Below, piece after piece: positions 36,788 through 46,534 of a stretch of 64,000 bases of DNA. Source of the stretch: Candidatus Latescibacterota bacterium. GTDB taxonomy: Bacteria > Latescibacterota > UBA2968. Location: the NCBI GenBank assembly GCA_965116885.1, contig OZ220741.1:2368001-2432000 (forward strand). The letters run 5' to 3'. Position 1 is the stretch's first letter. Each line of letters starts with the position of its first letter. The position numbers and the translations under genes are program-made. The notes under the pieces were generated by a model. That model saw only the letters and a program-made list of their open reading frames with translations. It was not told where the DNA came from and did not search any database.

Positions 36788-39728
36788 GTTTGACCTGGGA
36801 ACAGTGGTTTTTAATCAGGGCCAATCTGATGATGGCTTGTATGTCGTCAAGTCGGGCCGCTTGCGAGTGTTGAAAGAGGATGAGGAAGGACAGTCAGAGA
36901 CGTTAGGGTATCTGTATGAAGGCGATCATTTCGGTGAGGGGGCGTTGTTGACAAGCAAGGGGCATCGGGCGACGGTGCGAGCAGCCGAAGATTCTGAAGT
37001 GCTTCGCATCAAGCCTGAAGATTTTCAAAGAGTAATAAAAAATGACCCAGAACTCAAAACGTACTTTGAAGATCAGATCGCGCATATTGCGTATCGGGAC
37101 TTTACGCGGTTTTTGAAGGGGGGAAGCGATCAGGTGTCCGCAGAGGCAATGCAGCACCTGTTCGGTAATCTAAAACGACAGGTGTATCAATCAAGCGAAA
37201 CGGTAGTTAAACGTGGCGATATGGGGAGCGGACTTTATCTGGTCGGTGGAGGCGAATTGGAGGCGGTTGGGCAGGATAGTGAAACAATAGTTCTAAATCC
37301 GGGCGATTTTTTTGGCGATCAGGCATTGATAGATGGCATCGTGGAACCCTTTACGGTAAGTGCCCAAAATTATTGTGTTCTGTTTCAATTAGATAAAAGT
37401 GATTTTTATGAAGTTATAGCTTCGATTCCAGCGTTGGAATCGGGACTCGAAGCCGGGCGTTGTGTTCAAAAAGTGGAAGCAGAAGACGATGAGCCACAGG
37501 TGGAATCGACAAATGGAACTCCCGACAATGTGCATCTGCTTGATCACGCGCCTGAAGCAGGTCGTCCACCCCGATCTTTCCAATTTCCATTTTTGAAACA
37601 GCACGATCAGTCGGATTGTGGCGCAGCGTGTTTGGGCATGATTTGTAAGTATTACAAGATGCCGATTGGATTGAACAGACTGCGCGATATGTCCAATGTG
37701 TCGCGGTCTGGCACGTCAATGGCCGCGCTGGCCGAAGCAGCAGAGACATTGGGGTTTCTGACGCGGGGCGTGCGAACGGGATATGAGAAACTGATGCATA
37801 CGGAATTGCCAGCCATTTTGCACTGGAAAGGCAATCACTTTGTGGTGTTGTTCAAAACCGCAAAAGACCAGGTGAGAATTGCCGATCCTGCAGTGGGGGT
37901 TCGCAAGTTATCTCGCAAGGAATTTGAGGCCGAGTGGACCGGTGTGGCTTTGCTCATAGAATACACAGATCAAGTTGCCGAAAATGAGCCTTCTCGCACG
38001 ACTTTTCGCCGTTTTATACCGTATGTCAGACCGTATGTTCGCAGTTTGTGTGAGATTTTTCTGGCCTCGTTGGTGATGAGTCTTTTTGGGTTGGCGTCAC
38101 CACTTTTTACTCAGACGATAGTGGATCAGGTGCTGGTACATCACGATCGGGATTTATTGAATTTGATGCTTGCAGGGATGGTTGTCATCGCATTGTTCCA
38201 GATGCTTGTTTCATCCCTGCGGACGTATCTGGTCACTTATATGAGTACGCGGTTGAGTATGACGCTACTCTCCCGGTTTTACCAGCATTTGTTATCGTTG
38301 CCGATGCGGTTTTTCGCGTTGCGAAAGACGGGTGACTTGACAACGCGTTTTGGGGAAAATGCCACGATTCAAGCTTTGCTGACCGGCACGGTTGTTTCGC
38401 TCATTCTCGATGTGATTGTACTGTTTGTCTATCTGAGTTTGATGGTCTATTACCATCTCCAATTGACACTGGTGGTTCTGGCTTTTATTCCGCTTTCTAT
38501 TGTTTTGACACTGGTCTATACACCTATTCTCAAATCTCTCAGTCAGCGCGCATTTCTCGCACGGGCTGAGCAGTCATCCGTACTGATTGATTCATTGCGC
38601 GGGATTGATACGGTTAAGACACTGGCTATAGAGCGTTCCACGCGGTGGCGATGGGAAGAGCGTTATATGAAATCGATTCAGATAGGGTTTTCGGGTATGA
38701 AGATCGGGCTGTTATTCGGGTCAGCAGGTGGGCTGATGAACCTTTTCAGTAGCACGTTTATTTTATGGTACGGCGCGACATTGGTGATGGATGGCGAGCT
38801 TTCTGTGGGGCAGTTGATGGCTTTTAATTCACTGATTGGCAATGTAACCGGGCCGATTATGGGGCTGATTGGACTGTGGCCGCAGGTGCAGGAGGCGCGG
38901 ATTGCGCTGGATCGGTTAAATGATGTGTACGAAACGCCGATGGAGACATCGCGTCAAGGTGCTTATGGTATTGTGCTTTCGGGTGTTGAGGGTCGCATTG
39001 TATTTGAAAAGGTGTTTTTCCGATACGGTTCGGGTTCTGATGAGCCTTATGTGTTGAGCGATATTAGTTTGACGACAGAACCCGGACAAAAGGTGGCTAT
39101 TGTGGGGCGCAGCGGAGCGGGTAAAACAACGCTGGTGAAGTTGATCCCCCGATTTTTTGACCCCACGGAAGGGCGTGTGACCATAGATGGAATGGATGTG
39201 CGGGACTTTGATCCGGGCTGGTTGCGGCAGCAGGTCGGCATGATTTTACAGGAGTCGGTGCTTTTCAGTGGTACTATAGCCGAGAATATCGCGCTGGGGC
39301 AGGAGGATGTGGATATGGATCGGGTTCTGGAAGTGGCGCGGTTGGCGTGCGTACACGAATTTGTCGGTGACATGCCTCTGGGATACGAGACAAAGGTGGG
39401 AGAGCAGGGCATGGGGCTTTCAGGGGGACAGCAGCAACGCATTGCAATAGCCCGTGCGCTGTATCACGATCCAAAAATCCTGATTTTTGACGAGGCGACC
39501 AATGCTCTGGATACGGAATCAGAACAGGCGATTCAGGAGAATCTGGAGATTATTTTGAAAGATCGGACAGCTTATGTAATCGCGCATCGGTTGAGTACGG
39601 TGCAAAATGCCGATTGGATTGTGGTGCTGGATAAGGGGCATGTGATTGAGCAAGGCACACACGGTGAGTTGATGGACAAGCAGGGATTGTATCATCATCT
39701 TTTGGGACAGCAGTTGCAGGGTGTATGA
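36735..39728 (+). CDS. Peptidase-containing ABC transporter (2x cNMP-binding + C39 + ABC membrane + ATPase)
   Basis: cNMP domains (GDHFGEGALL; GDFFGDQALI); C39 QHDQSDCGAACL, HWKGNHFVVL, IADPA; Walker A GRSGAGKT, LSGGQQQR, ILIFDEAT, IAHRLST. Confidence 0.95.
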   Translation: MNIDQIFQELNIKGELVSFDLGTVVFNQGQSDDGLYVVKSGRLRVLKEDEEGQSETLGYLYEGDHFGEGALLTSKGHRATVRAAEDSEVLRIKPEDFQRVIKNDPELKTYFEDQIAHIAYRDFTRFLKGGSDQVSAEAMQHLFGNLKRQVYQSSETVVKRGDMGSGLYLVGGGELEAVGQDSETIVLNPGDFFGDQALIDGIVEPFTVSAQNYCVLFQLDKSDFYEVIASIPALESGLEAGRCVQKVEAEDDEPQVESTNGTPDNVHLLDHAPEAGRPPRSFQFPFLKQHDQSDCGAACLGMICKYYKMPIGLNRLRDMSNVSRSGTSMAALAEAAETLGFLTRGVRTGYEKLMHTELPAILHWKGNHFVVLFKTAKDQVRIADPAVGVRKLSRKEFEAEWTGVALLIEYTDQVAENEPSRTTFRRFIPYVRPYVRSLCEIFLASLVMSLFGLASPLFTQTIVDQVLVHHDRDLLNLMLAGMVVIALFQMLVSSLRTYLVTYMSTRLSMTLLSRFYQHLLSLPMRFFALRKTGDLTTRFGENATIQALLTGTVVSLILDVIVLFVYLSLMVYYHLQLTLVVLAFIPLSIVLTLVYTPILKSLSQRAFLARAEQSSVLIDSLRGIDTVKTLAIERSTRWRWEERYMKSIQIGFSGMKIGLLFGSAGGLMNLFSSTFILWYGATLVMDGELSVGQLMAFNSLIGNVTGPIMGLIGLWPQVQEARIALDRLNDVYETPMETSRQGAYGIVLSGVEGRIVFEKVFFRYGSGSDEPYVLSDISLTTEPGQKVAIVGRSGAGKTTLVKLIPRFFDPTEGRVTIDGMDVRDFDPGWLRQQVGMILQESVLFSGTIAENIALGQEDVDMDRVLEVARLACVHEFVGDMPLGYETKVGEQGMGLSGGQQQRIAIARALYHDPKILIFDEATNALDTESEQAIQENLEIILKDRTAYVIAHRLSTVQNADWIVVLDKGHVIEQGTHGELMDKQGLYHHLLGQQLQGV

Positions 39729-39731
39729 TTT

Positions 39732-41453
39732 ATGGCTGAATCATCGGCAGTATCGGATAGGACGCAGTCGGTTTTACAGGCTGTGAGCCAATCATCGCAA
39801 GCATCGGAGCAGCCCGCGTCAGAGGTCACGGAGTTTTTCGGTTCCTTGCGCCCTGCGATTAGCCAGACATTGTTGTACATTATTCTGCTTTTTGTGGCAG
39901 TTGCCATTGCCTGGGCGTGGTGGGGCAAAGTCGATGTGGTTGCATCTGCGCCATTTCGACTGGTGCCTTTGGGGAAGGTGAAAACCGTACAGGCAGCACG
40001 CGCTGGCGAGATTGAGCTTATTGGGGTCAAGGCAGGAGATCGGGTTAAAAAGAGACAGGTGTTATTCAAGTTGCGCTCGTGGGAAACATGGCATGAATTG
40101 CGCGAGCTTGAGCAGGCGAAAATTACACTTCAAAAGGCGAAATACGATTTGGAAGTGGCATTGCCCCGGAAACAGGCGTTGACAACGGAGACGGTGGTAG
40201 CATTAAAAGAGCGGGTGCAACTCGCGCAGATGTTTGTTGCGACGCATCGGGATGTATTGGATGCGTATCAAACGGAGATGGGTGCGCAGAATGCGCGAAG
40301 TGTCAGTGGGAAAGACGCAGATTTGAAGGCGCGCATCAATTTGCGTCAGGCGGAAGTTGCACATATCAAAGCGCAGTATGAACGCCAAAAGGCGTTGTTT
40401 GACCGCGGTTTGATCAGCCAGGCAGATATGGAAAGGGCGCGGATGGCATATCTCAATGCGCTGGCGCAATTGCCAGGCCGGATGTCCGAAATTTATCAGC
40501 AAGAAATGGCGGTTCAGGATATCAAGCGTCAGATTCTGGAAGCCGAGCTATCGCAAGACCGCGAAGCATCTCAGGCAAAATACGCTTATGACGCTGCCCG
40601 CTTGCGCCTACAACAGGCGCAACAGAAGGTGGCACGAAACTTAGATGCAGAATCAGATCTCATTCTGGCACCAGAAGCCGGAATCGTGACGCAGGTGCTG
40701 GTGAATACAGAAAGACAGGTGATCAGCAAGGGACAATCGCTGGCTATGATCGCACCGGAGACTGCGCCAATCGTGGCCGAGGTGATGATTTTGAACAAGG
40801 ATGTGGGGTTGATGAAACCCGGTCAGGTTGTGAGGTTGAAGTACGATGCCTTTGCATTTCAGGATTACGGCATTAAAAGGGGCTGGCTATCCGAGATTGC
40901 TCCGGATGCCTGGCTTGATCAACATGGCCTCACGTTATTTGACGTGGCTGTAGAGGCTGAATATCGGTTGTATCAACGCTGGTTGATGTCGCGGATTAAA
41001 GAGGATAGCATCCGGGCTTTTTTTGTTCAGCGTACCCTAAGTTTTGAGCGCGTGGAGGTGTGCTGGATTTCTGTATCAGATGAGGGCGTGGCTGAAGAAT
41101 TGTGTTTACAAGTCAAAGAAGAAGGTGCGGATTTTTATACCCTGGCACGGCGGTATTCGCAAGATGAAGCCACGCGGTCTGCTGGCGGGTATCTTGGACG
41201 GCGGCGCAGGCGCAATCTTCCACAAGGGGTCGCGCCTTTGATTTTTGCCGCATCGGAAGGCGATGTTGTTGGTCCCGTGAAAGTGGAAAAGGGTTATGCG
41301 TTGTATTATGTGCAGAAACGATGTCCAGCGGTACTCGATGAGACCACTTGTGAAAAGATCCGGAGAAAGCTGTTTGAATCCTATTTACAACGCGAAATGA
41401 AACGCGCTGAGATCACTTTTCCGTTTAATGTAAGAAGGCTGACTCTGGAATGA
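39732..41453 (+). CDS. HlyD-family membrane fusion protein fused to a parvulin (PpiC-type) peptidyl-prolyl isomerase domain
   Basis: TM + KVDVVASA, coiled coil, ILAPEAGIV, KPGQVVRLKYDAFAFQDYG; from ~40910 the sequence switches to ADFYTLARRYSQDEATRSAGGYLG...GDVVGPV. Confidence 0.85.
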   Translation: MAESSAVSDRTQSVLQAVSQSSQASEQPASEVTEFFGSLRPAISQTLLYIILLFVAVAIAWAWWGKVDVVASAPFRLVPLGKVKTVQAARAGEIELIGVKAGDRVKKRQVLFKLRSWETWHELRELEQAKITLQKAKYDLEVALPRKQALTTETVVALKERVQLAQMFVATHRDVLDAYQTEMGAQNARSVSGKDADLKARINLRQAEVAHIKAQYERQKALFDRGLISQADMERARMAYLNALAQLPGRMSEIYQQEMAVQDIKRQILEAELSQDREASQAKYAYDAARLRLQQAQQKVARNLDAESDLILAPEAGIVTQVLVNTERQVISKGQSLAMIAPETAPIVAEVMILNKDVGLMKPGQVVRLKYDAFAFQDYGIKRGWLSEIAPDAWLDQHGLTLFDVAVEAEYRLYQRWLMSRIKEDSIRAFFVQRTLSFERVEVCWISVSDEGVAEELCLQVKEEGADFYTLARRYSQDEATRSAGGYLGRRRRRNLPQGVAPLIFAASEGDVVGPVKVEKGYALYYVQKRCPAVLDETTCEKIRRKLFESYLQREMKRAEITFPFNVRRLTLE

Positions 41454-41501
41454 TGAGAGGGTGATGGTATTGCACAAACATTAAAAAATAAACACACTTC
41501 C

Positions 41502-44108
41502 TTATCGAATCCCAAAGGTCGTTTTTTTTCTCACCTGCACGCCGCTTACCAGATCTTCTACGGTTACCTGCACTTCATGGTCGCCTTTTCCCGCTCCGTC
41601 GAGATTCAATTCCACATAAGAGAGACCATCTGTGGTATTTCCGATCTGGTCATAGGTTACGCTCACGCCCTGTTCCCCTTCCTCTTTTCCCAGCAGACGC
41701 CCCAGCCCGGCCAGGACGCGGGCACCGCGGCTTTTCTGATCCTTAGATCGGATGTCATAGGTCACGCGGTAATGCGTTTGTCCAAATTCATTCTTGCTCA
41801 GGTGATAGATTTCAAAATAGAGAAAGGCCGGATGTTTTTCCGGGAATGCCCATACCGACATGGGCATTATGTTCAATCCCTGTTTGACAAAAACACCTTC
41901 TGACGGTGTCTCATCTGAGATTGACCAGGCCAACTCGATGTCGCTCAAGTTCAAGTCGGTTCTGGAATAGTCTTCCAATACTATCTGTTGCTGGTAGATC
42001 TGAAACCGCCGCGTTTCCGCCTCCCGAACCCGCAGGCCGAGTTCATAAGTTCCCGGCGGTGCTTCTATGGCGGCCATGTCCAGTACCAGGTTTTGCCATC
42101 CGCTGGATGTATCGACTGAGGTTTGTAAAAAGGTTTCATCGAGGAAAAATTTTCGCTCGTCCCGGTAAGTCTGATCCACTGTGGGATCTGTTAGTGCCGC
42201 GCTGCGTATGACCCATGTGCCTTCCTGCTTTTTGAGCAGCGAATCCGGCGGGATGCCGCTGTAGATTTCCAGGCGTGTGCGACCGTCTTTTCCCCTAAAG
42301 CTGGCTGTTCGGTACCAGAAATCCAGAGGTTGGGCACCCCGGGCAAAGTCGTGAAAGTCGGGTATCCGTCCGGCCATTTTGTTTACGACCAGTTCTGGAG
42401 AATGGTACAGAAAATCCGTGAGGTCTCGCACGGCGACATAGCGCTCTTTTAATTCGTTGGGTACATGCGTGGGGACGGGTGCGAACTCGAAATTGCCCTG
42501 AAAATACTCGTCGGTAAATGTGACCTCCAGGCCCTCTGCGACCATGGTATATACCCAGGATTCCCAGGGTACTATGCTGGCGTCTTCGCGGTTGGTGACT
42601 GGCATGAATAAGCCCATCGCCTGTTCGACAAACCGCTCCTGGCGCACCCGCGATGGCGAGAAGCTCAAATCGCCTGTGTTCACATCGCCCAGTGCAGCCA
42701 GGGTTTGTTCTTGATCCACAATTCGGTTCACCTGGTCGCCTTCACCCGCGTCGGCAGCCTGTACTCGTTCCGACAATTCGGTGCGTTCGGCATCCTGGGC
42801 GTCTTCCAGCACAAATATGAGTTGGATCTCGTCCGAGGTTAACCCCAGGTCCTGGGGATCGGGTGCTTTGGTGCTGAAAGCCCGGTTGCTCCGAACGGGA
42901 TATACCGGTCCCGTGAAGAATTCACCCACGGCGTCCGGTCCGTAGAGATCTACGGCCATGCGCTCTTTGATGCGCTGTGCTTTGGCCGGCATGTCGGCAT
43001 TTAGACGGTCGGATGTTGAGCGATAATCGGGTTCACCATAGCGGATGTACACTTCACCCCGCTGGTCCCAGGGATATATCGCTTTTGAAAAGTGCGTGCG
43101 CGCGTGCCAGACCCGGCGGTAGTGTTCTGCCTGGCGCAAGAATCCGCCGGATACGCGCGATAGGTCGTGCCGAATCCAGAAGCGGCGCAGAAAGGCTTCG
43201 CGCTCTATGGCCGATGTGACTCTGGAGAGGGATTCCAGTTCGGGTATGGAGGCCAGCAGGGAGATGTCCCGGTAGAGTGCCGCCTCTGCGGCATCGAGAA
43301 GGGTGATGTAATTGCGAAAGATGCGTACGGCTCGTTCGCCATCGCCTTCATGGAGAAAGACCTGGGCTATTAGAGGCAGAAAACGGCGCGTTTCGACTGT
43401 ATTGCCCAAATGGGTCAACAGGTCTCGCAATTCGGCGAAGCGTTCGCTCATGGCGTAAATCACGCCCAATTGATAGGCGACATCCAGGTTTTCGGGAGCC
43501 TGCCGCACACAGCGTTCGTACAGGTTGATTACCCGGCCCCATTCGTCCTTTTTTTTGTGGTGTTCCGCCATGATTTTGCAGGCAGCGATATCCGTCGAGT
43601 CCCGCTCAAGTGCCCGTTCAGAAGCCCGTTTCAAAGATCGGTCCTCTTCCATGAGTCGCACGAGGTCGAGGTGATAGCGTATTTTCTGCGATTGGGGCGC
43701 GAGAGCGATGGCTTTTTCAAAATGCGTTTTGGCTCCGCGGATATCTTCCTTCTGGTAGAGCGCGATCTGCCCCAGTCCGTCGTGCGCTTCTGTGAGATCT
43801 GGATTTAAGCTCAGTGCCTTTTCAAATGCCTGTCTGGCTTTTTTCCATTGTTTTTTCCGCTCGCGAGATTCCAGATATGCCGTGCCCAGGCGGGCGTGTC
43901 CTTCGGCCAATTCAGGGTCCAGGTGTACAGCCTCCTTCAACAGGTCTATTGCGTGTCGCGCACTGTCCATCTCGATCCGCACATCGGCAGCCAGCATCAG
44001 AGAATCCGATCGGGTCATCAGGGTTATGAAGGGCTGTTCTGCCTTTGCCCAGCCTGCCATCAGGATGAGGTATATGGGAATCAGTCGAATTGCAAGATGA
44101 TTTTTCAT
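41502..44108 (-). CDS. Secreted TPR + GWxTD-like domain protein
   Basis: RRFWIRHD...EHYRRVWHARTHF..YPWDQRGEVYIRYGEPD; paralog of 2466-4892. Confidence 0.85.
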   Translation of the reverse strand: MKNHLAIRLIPIYLILMAGWAKAEQPFITLMTRSDSLMLAADVRIEMDSARHAIDLLKEAVHLDPELAEGHARLGTAYLESRERKKQWKKARQAFEKALSLNPDLTEAHDGLGQIALYQKEDIRGAKTHFEKAIALAPQSQKIRYHLDLVRLMEEDRSLKRASERALERDSTDIAACKIMAEHHKKKDEWGRVINLYERCVRQAPENLDVAYQLGVIYAMSERFAELRDLLTHLGNTVETRRFLPLIAQVFLHEGDGERAVRIFRNYITLLDAAEAALYRDISLLASIPELESLSRVTSAIEREAFLRRFWIRHDLSRVSGGFLRQAEHYRRVWHARTHFSKAIYPWDQRGEVYIRYGEPDYRSTSDRLNADMPAKAQRIKERMAVDLYGPDAVGEFFTGPVYPVRSNRAFSTKAPDPQDLGLTSDEIQLIFVLEDAQDAERTELSERVQAADAGEGDQVNRIVDQEQTLAALGDVNTGDLSFSPSRVRQERFVEQAMGLFMPVTNREDASIVPWESWVYTMVAEGLEVTFTDEYFQGNFEFAPVPTHVPNELKERYVAVRDLTDFLYHSPELVVNKMAGRIPDFHDFARGAQPLDFWYRTASFRGKDGRTRLEIYSGIPPDSLLKKQEGTWVIRSAALTDPTVDQTYRDERKFFLDETFLQTSVDTSSGWQNLVLDMAAIEAPPGTYELGLRVREAETRRFQIYQQQIVLEDYSRTDLNLSDIELAWSISDETPSEGVFVKQGLNIMPMSVWAFPEKHPAFLYFEIYHLSKNEFGQTHYRVTYDIRSKDQKSRGARVLAGLGRLLGKEEGEQGVSVTYDQIGNTTDGLSYVELNLDGAGKGDHEVQVTVEDLVSGVQVRKKTTFGIR

Positions 44109-44115
44109 TGCGCCC

Positions 44116-46524
44116 TCACTCGATTTTAAAGCTCGCTGTTTTGGTCACTTTTTGTCCGTCTTTGCGGTCCATTGCAGCGACCTCAATGACGTATTCTCCC
44201 GGCTCGGAACCAGATAGGTCAAGTGCCAGATAGTTGACCACGTTGTCGGCATCGCCCGTCTGGTCATAAGAAATCGCAATTTGTTCTTCGTTCTGGTCTA
44301 TGCCCACCAGTTTTCCCAGGCCACCGAGTACTTTTGCGCCAAACGACTGTCCGGAACGCGGTTTTAAGCGGTAGGAGATCTGGTAGTCCGTTTGTCCGAA
44401 TGCATCCTGGCTCAGTCCGTAAATTTCGTAGTAGAGATAGACCAGATGCCGCTGTGTATAATGCCGCGTGGCCAGGGGAATGACTTCCAAATTCTGTTTG
44501 ACAAAATGTCCTTTTCCGGTGGTCTGTTCAATTGAAGCCGCCATTTCGATATCGCTCAGCCAGAGTTTGCCGTGCCGATAAGACGGGACCCGCAAGGGCA
44601 TGCCATAGACCTGCGTGCGTCCAGACCGCTCTTCGATGGCTTGCACGGCGAGGTAGTACGATCCAGGTTTTACATCCAGTGCGATTACATCGGGAATGAT
44701 CCCGGTTTTTCCATCTACCCGAAATACAGCGCGGTTTGCCACCTCGAATACCGGGTCGCCTTTTGCATTGTAGAGAACAGCACCCCGGTTTATCCGAACA
44801 TCCCCTTCCTCTCGCGTCAATGCGGAGGCGGGAAATCCGTAGTAGATCTCCACGCGCGTGCTGTCGCCCAGTCCTCGAAATGTGGCGGGATAGGCCGCGT
44901 AATACAGGGGTTCGGCGAGAAATGTCGGTACGTAAATTTCTCTGGGAGCCTGGCTTATGATTTGTTCGGGGATGAGAGGTCCCCACAGGTGGCGCATTTT
45001 GGTCGCCATTTCCGCGGGTAATACGGCGTAGTCAAAAACGCCATCGGGCGCGCCGGGCATCTGGCGAAATACAATTTCTACGCCTTCTCCCAATTCCGGA
45101 TAGATCCAGTATTCCCACGCCCGGCGATCCTGGATCGGGAAGATGGGTCGTCCCAGGAATGTACCCAGTCCCCCTACGGCCATCGCCGATTCGGCTCGTT
45201 TTCGAATTTGTTCGCTTTTCTGATTACGCTCGGATGATCGGCTGTACAGCCGCTGGAACTGCCTTTCCAGTTGGCGTTGTGCCTGTTCTGCGCCAGCTCC
45301 GCGGTGGGTCACATTGGCACTGTCGCTATCAGCGGCGTAGTCCGATAGCAGTATTTCGGCTGCCCAATCTACGCGGTCTAATAGCCGCTGTTTGATATCC
45401 CAGTCTTCGGGATGGGATTCGCGCCGCCGATTCCCGGACGCGCTTTTGTGAGATGGCGTGCCGTAGCGCACATAGATTTCGCCCCGTCGATCCCACGGAA
45501 AAACCGCCGATCCGAAATGCTCCCGCGCATAAGCTACCCGGCGGAAGTGTTCGACTCTCCGCTCGTTGACGTCTGTAATGGGTGTGGGGTCCCGGCGTTT
45601 CCAGAATTGTTGCAGAAGTACTTGTCTGTCCTTTGCCTGCTTAAATGCCTCTGTTTCCCTTTCTGAGGCGAGTAGGGAAATATCTTCATACGGCGTCCGC
45701 TCTCTGGTGCTCAGGCCAGCTATATAGGTTTCGAAGAGGGTTTCGGCTTTTTCGTAATTTTTTCGTTCCAGATAGACTTCGGCGAGTTCCAGCATGTATT
45801 GCCGCTGGTTTGTGCCTTGAGTTTGCATGAGCCGCGATAGGGTGCGTGCGGCCTGGTCTGTGCGCGATAGGGTGCGGTAGAGTTGCCCCAGTCGCCACAT
45901 GGCGTCTTTGTGTGCGGGATTGACCGCCAGTTGTTTTTCGTAATATTCTATTGCGCCGTCTTTTTTTAGTAGATCGTATTCATACATAAAGCCCAGGCGA
46001 TAATACGCATCTGGATGGTCCGGGTCCATCTCGACCACCTGTTCGAAAGCTCTGATGGCATCGCGATTCATCAAGTTCAGATGCGTCAGGCCAATGTGGT
46101 ATTGGGCTTCTACATAGTCGGGTTTTTCAGCTAGGGCGCGACAAAAATAGTCAATGGCGCGCACCCACTGGCCTTTTTCACGGGCATAGACGAGGCCCAT
46201 GCCAAAGTAGGCTTCGGGCATTTTTCGCTGGTATTTTTCGGCATTTCGAAAGGCTTTTCTGGCTTTGCCATTCTGATCCTGGGCCAGATACACATGCCCC
46301 AATCCACAGTGGGTTGGGGCATGTTTTTTGTTTGCTTGTAGTGATTGCTCAAACAAAGTTTTCGCGCGGTCTATTTCTCCTGTTTTGAGTGCCTGATCAC
46401 CCAGGAGATAGAGAGAATCCGCAGCAGCAGGATCCGCCCCAATTGGTGCAGTTGTCCAGAATATTCCAAAGATCAGGACGAGTGCAATGCACCCGATATG
46501 CCAGCCTATTTTCGACATGCTCAA
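44116..46524 (-). CDS. Secreted TPR + GWxTD-like domain protein
   Basis: FWKRRDPTPITDVNERRVEHFRRVAYAREHF..FPWDRRGEIYVRYGTP. Confidence 0.87.
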   Translation of the reverse strand: MSMSKIGWHIGCIALVLIFGIFWTTAPIGADPAAADSLYLLGDQALKTGEIDRAKTLFEQSLQANKKHAPTHCGLGHVYLAQDQNGKARKAFRNAEKYQRKMPEAYFGMGLVYAREKGQWVRAIDYFCRALAEKPDYVEAQYHIGLTHLNLMNRDAIRAFEQVVEMDPDHPDAYYRLGFMYEYDLLKKDGAIEYYEKQLAVNPAHKDAMWRLGQLYRTLSRTDQAARTLSRLMQTQGTNQRQYMLELAEVYLERKNYEKAETLFETYIAGLSTRERTPYEDISLLASERETEAFKQAKDRQVLLQQFWKRRDPTPITDVNERRVEHFRRVAYAREHFGSAVFPWDRRGEIYVRYGTPSHKSASGNRRRESHPEDWDIKQRLLDRVDWAAEILLSDYAADSDSANVTHRGAGAEQAQRQLERQFQRLYSRSSERNQKSEQIRKRAESAMAVGGLGTFLGRPIFPIQDRRAWEYWIYPELGEGVEIVFRQMPGAPDGVFDYAVLPAEMATKMRHLWGPLIPEQIISQAPREIYVPTFLAEPLYYAAYPATFRGLGDSTRVEIYYGFPASALTREEGDVRINRGAVLYNAKGDPVFEVANRAVFRVDGKTGIIPDVIALDVKPGSYYLAVQAIEERSGRTQVYGMPLRVPSYRHGKLWLSDIEMAASIEQTTGKGHFVKQNLEVIPLATRHYTQRHLVYLYYEIYGLSQDAFGQTDYQISYRLKPRSGQSFGAKVLGGLGKLVGIDQNEEQIAISYDQTGDADNVVNYLALDLSGSEPGEYVIEVAAMDRKDGQKVTKTASFKIE

Positions 46525-46534
46525 TCGCCTGTGT

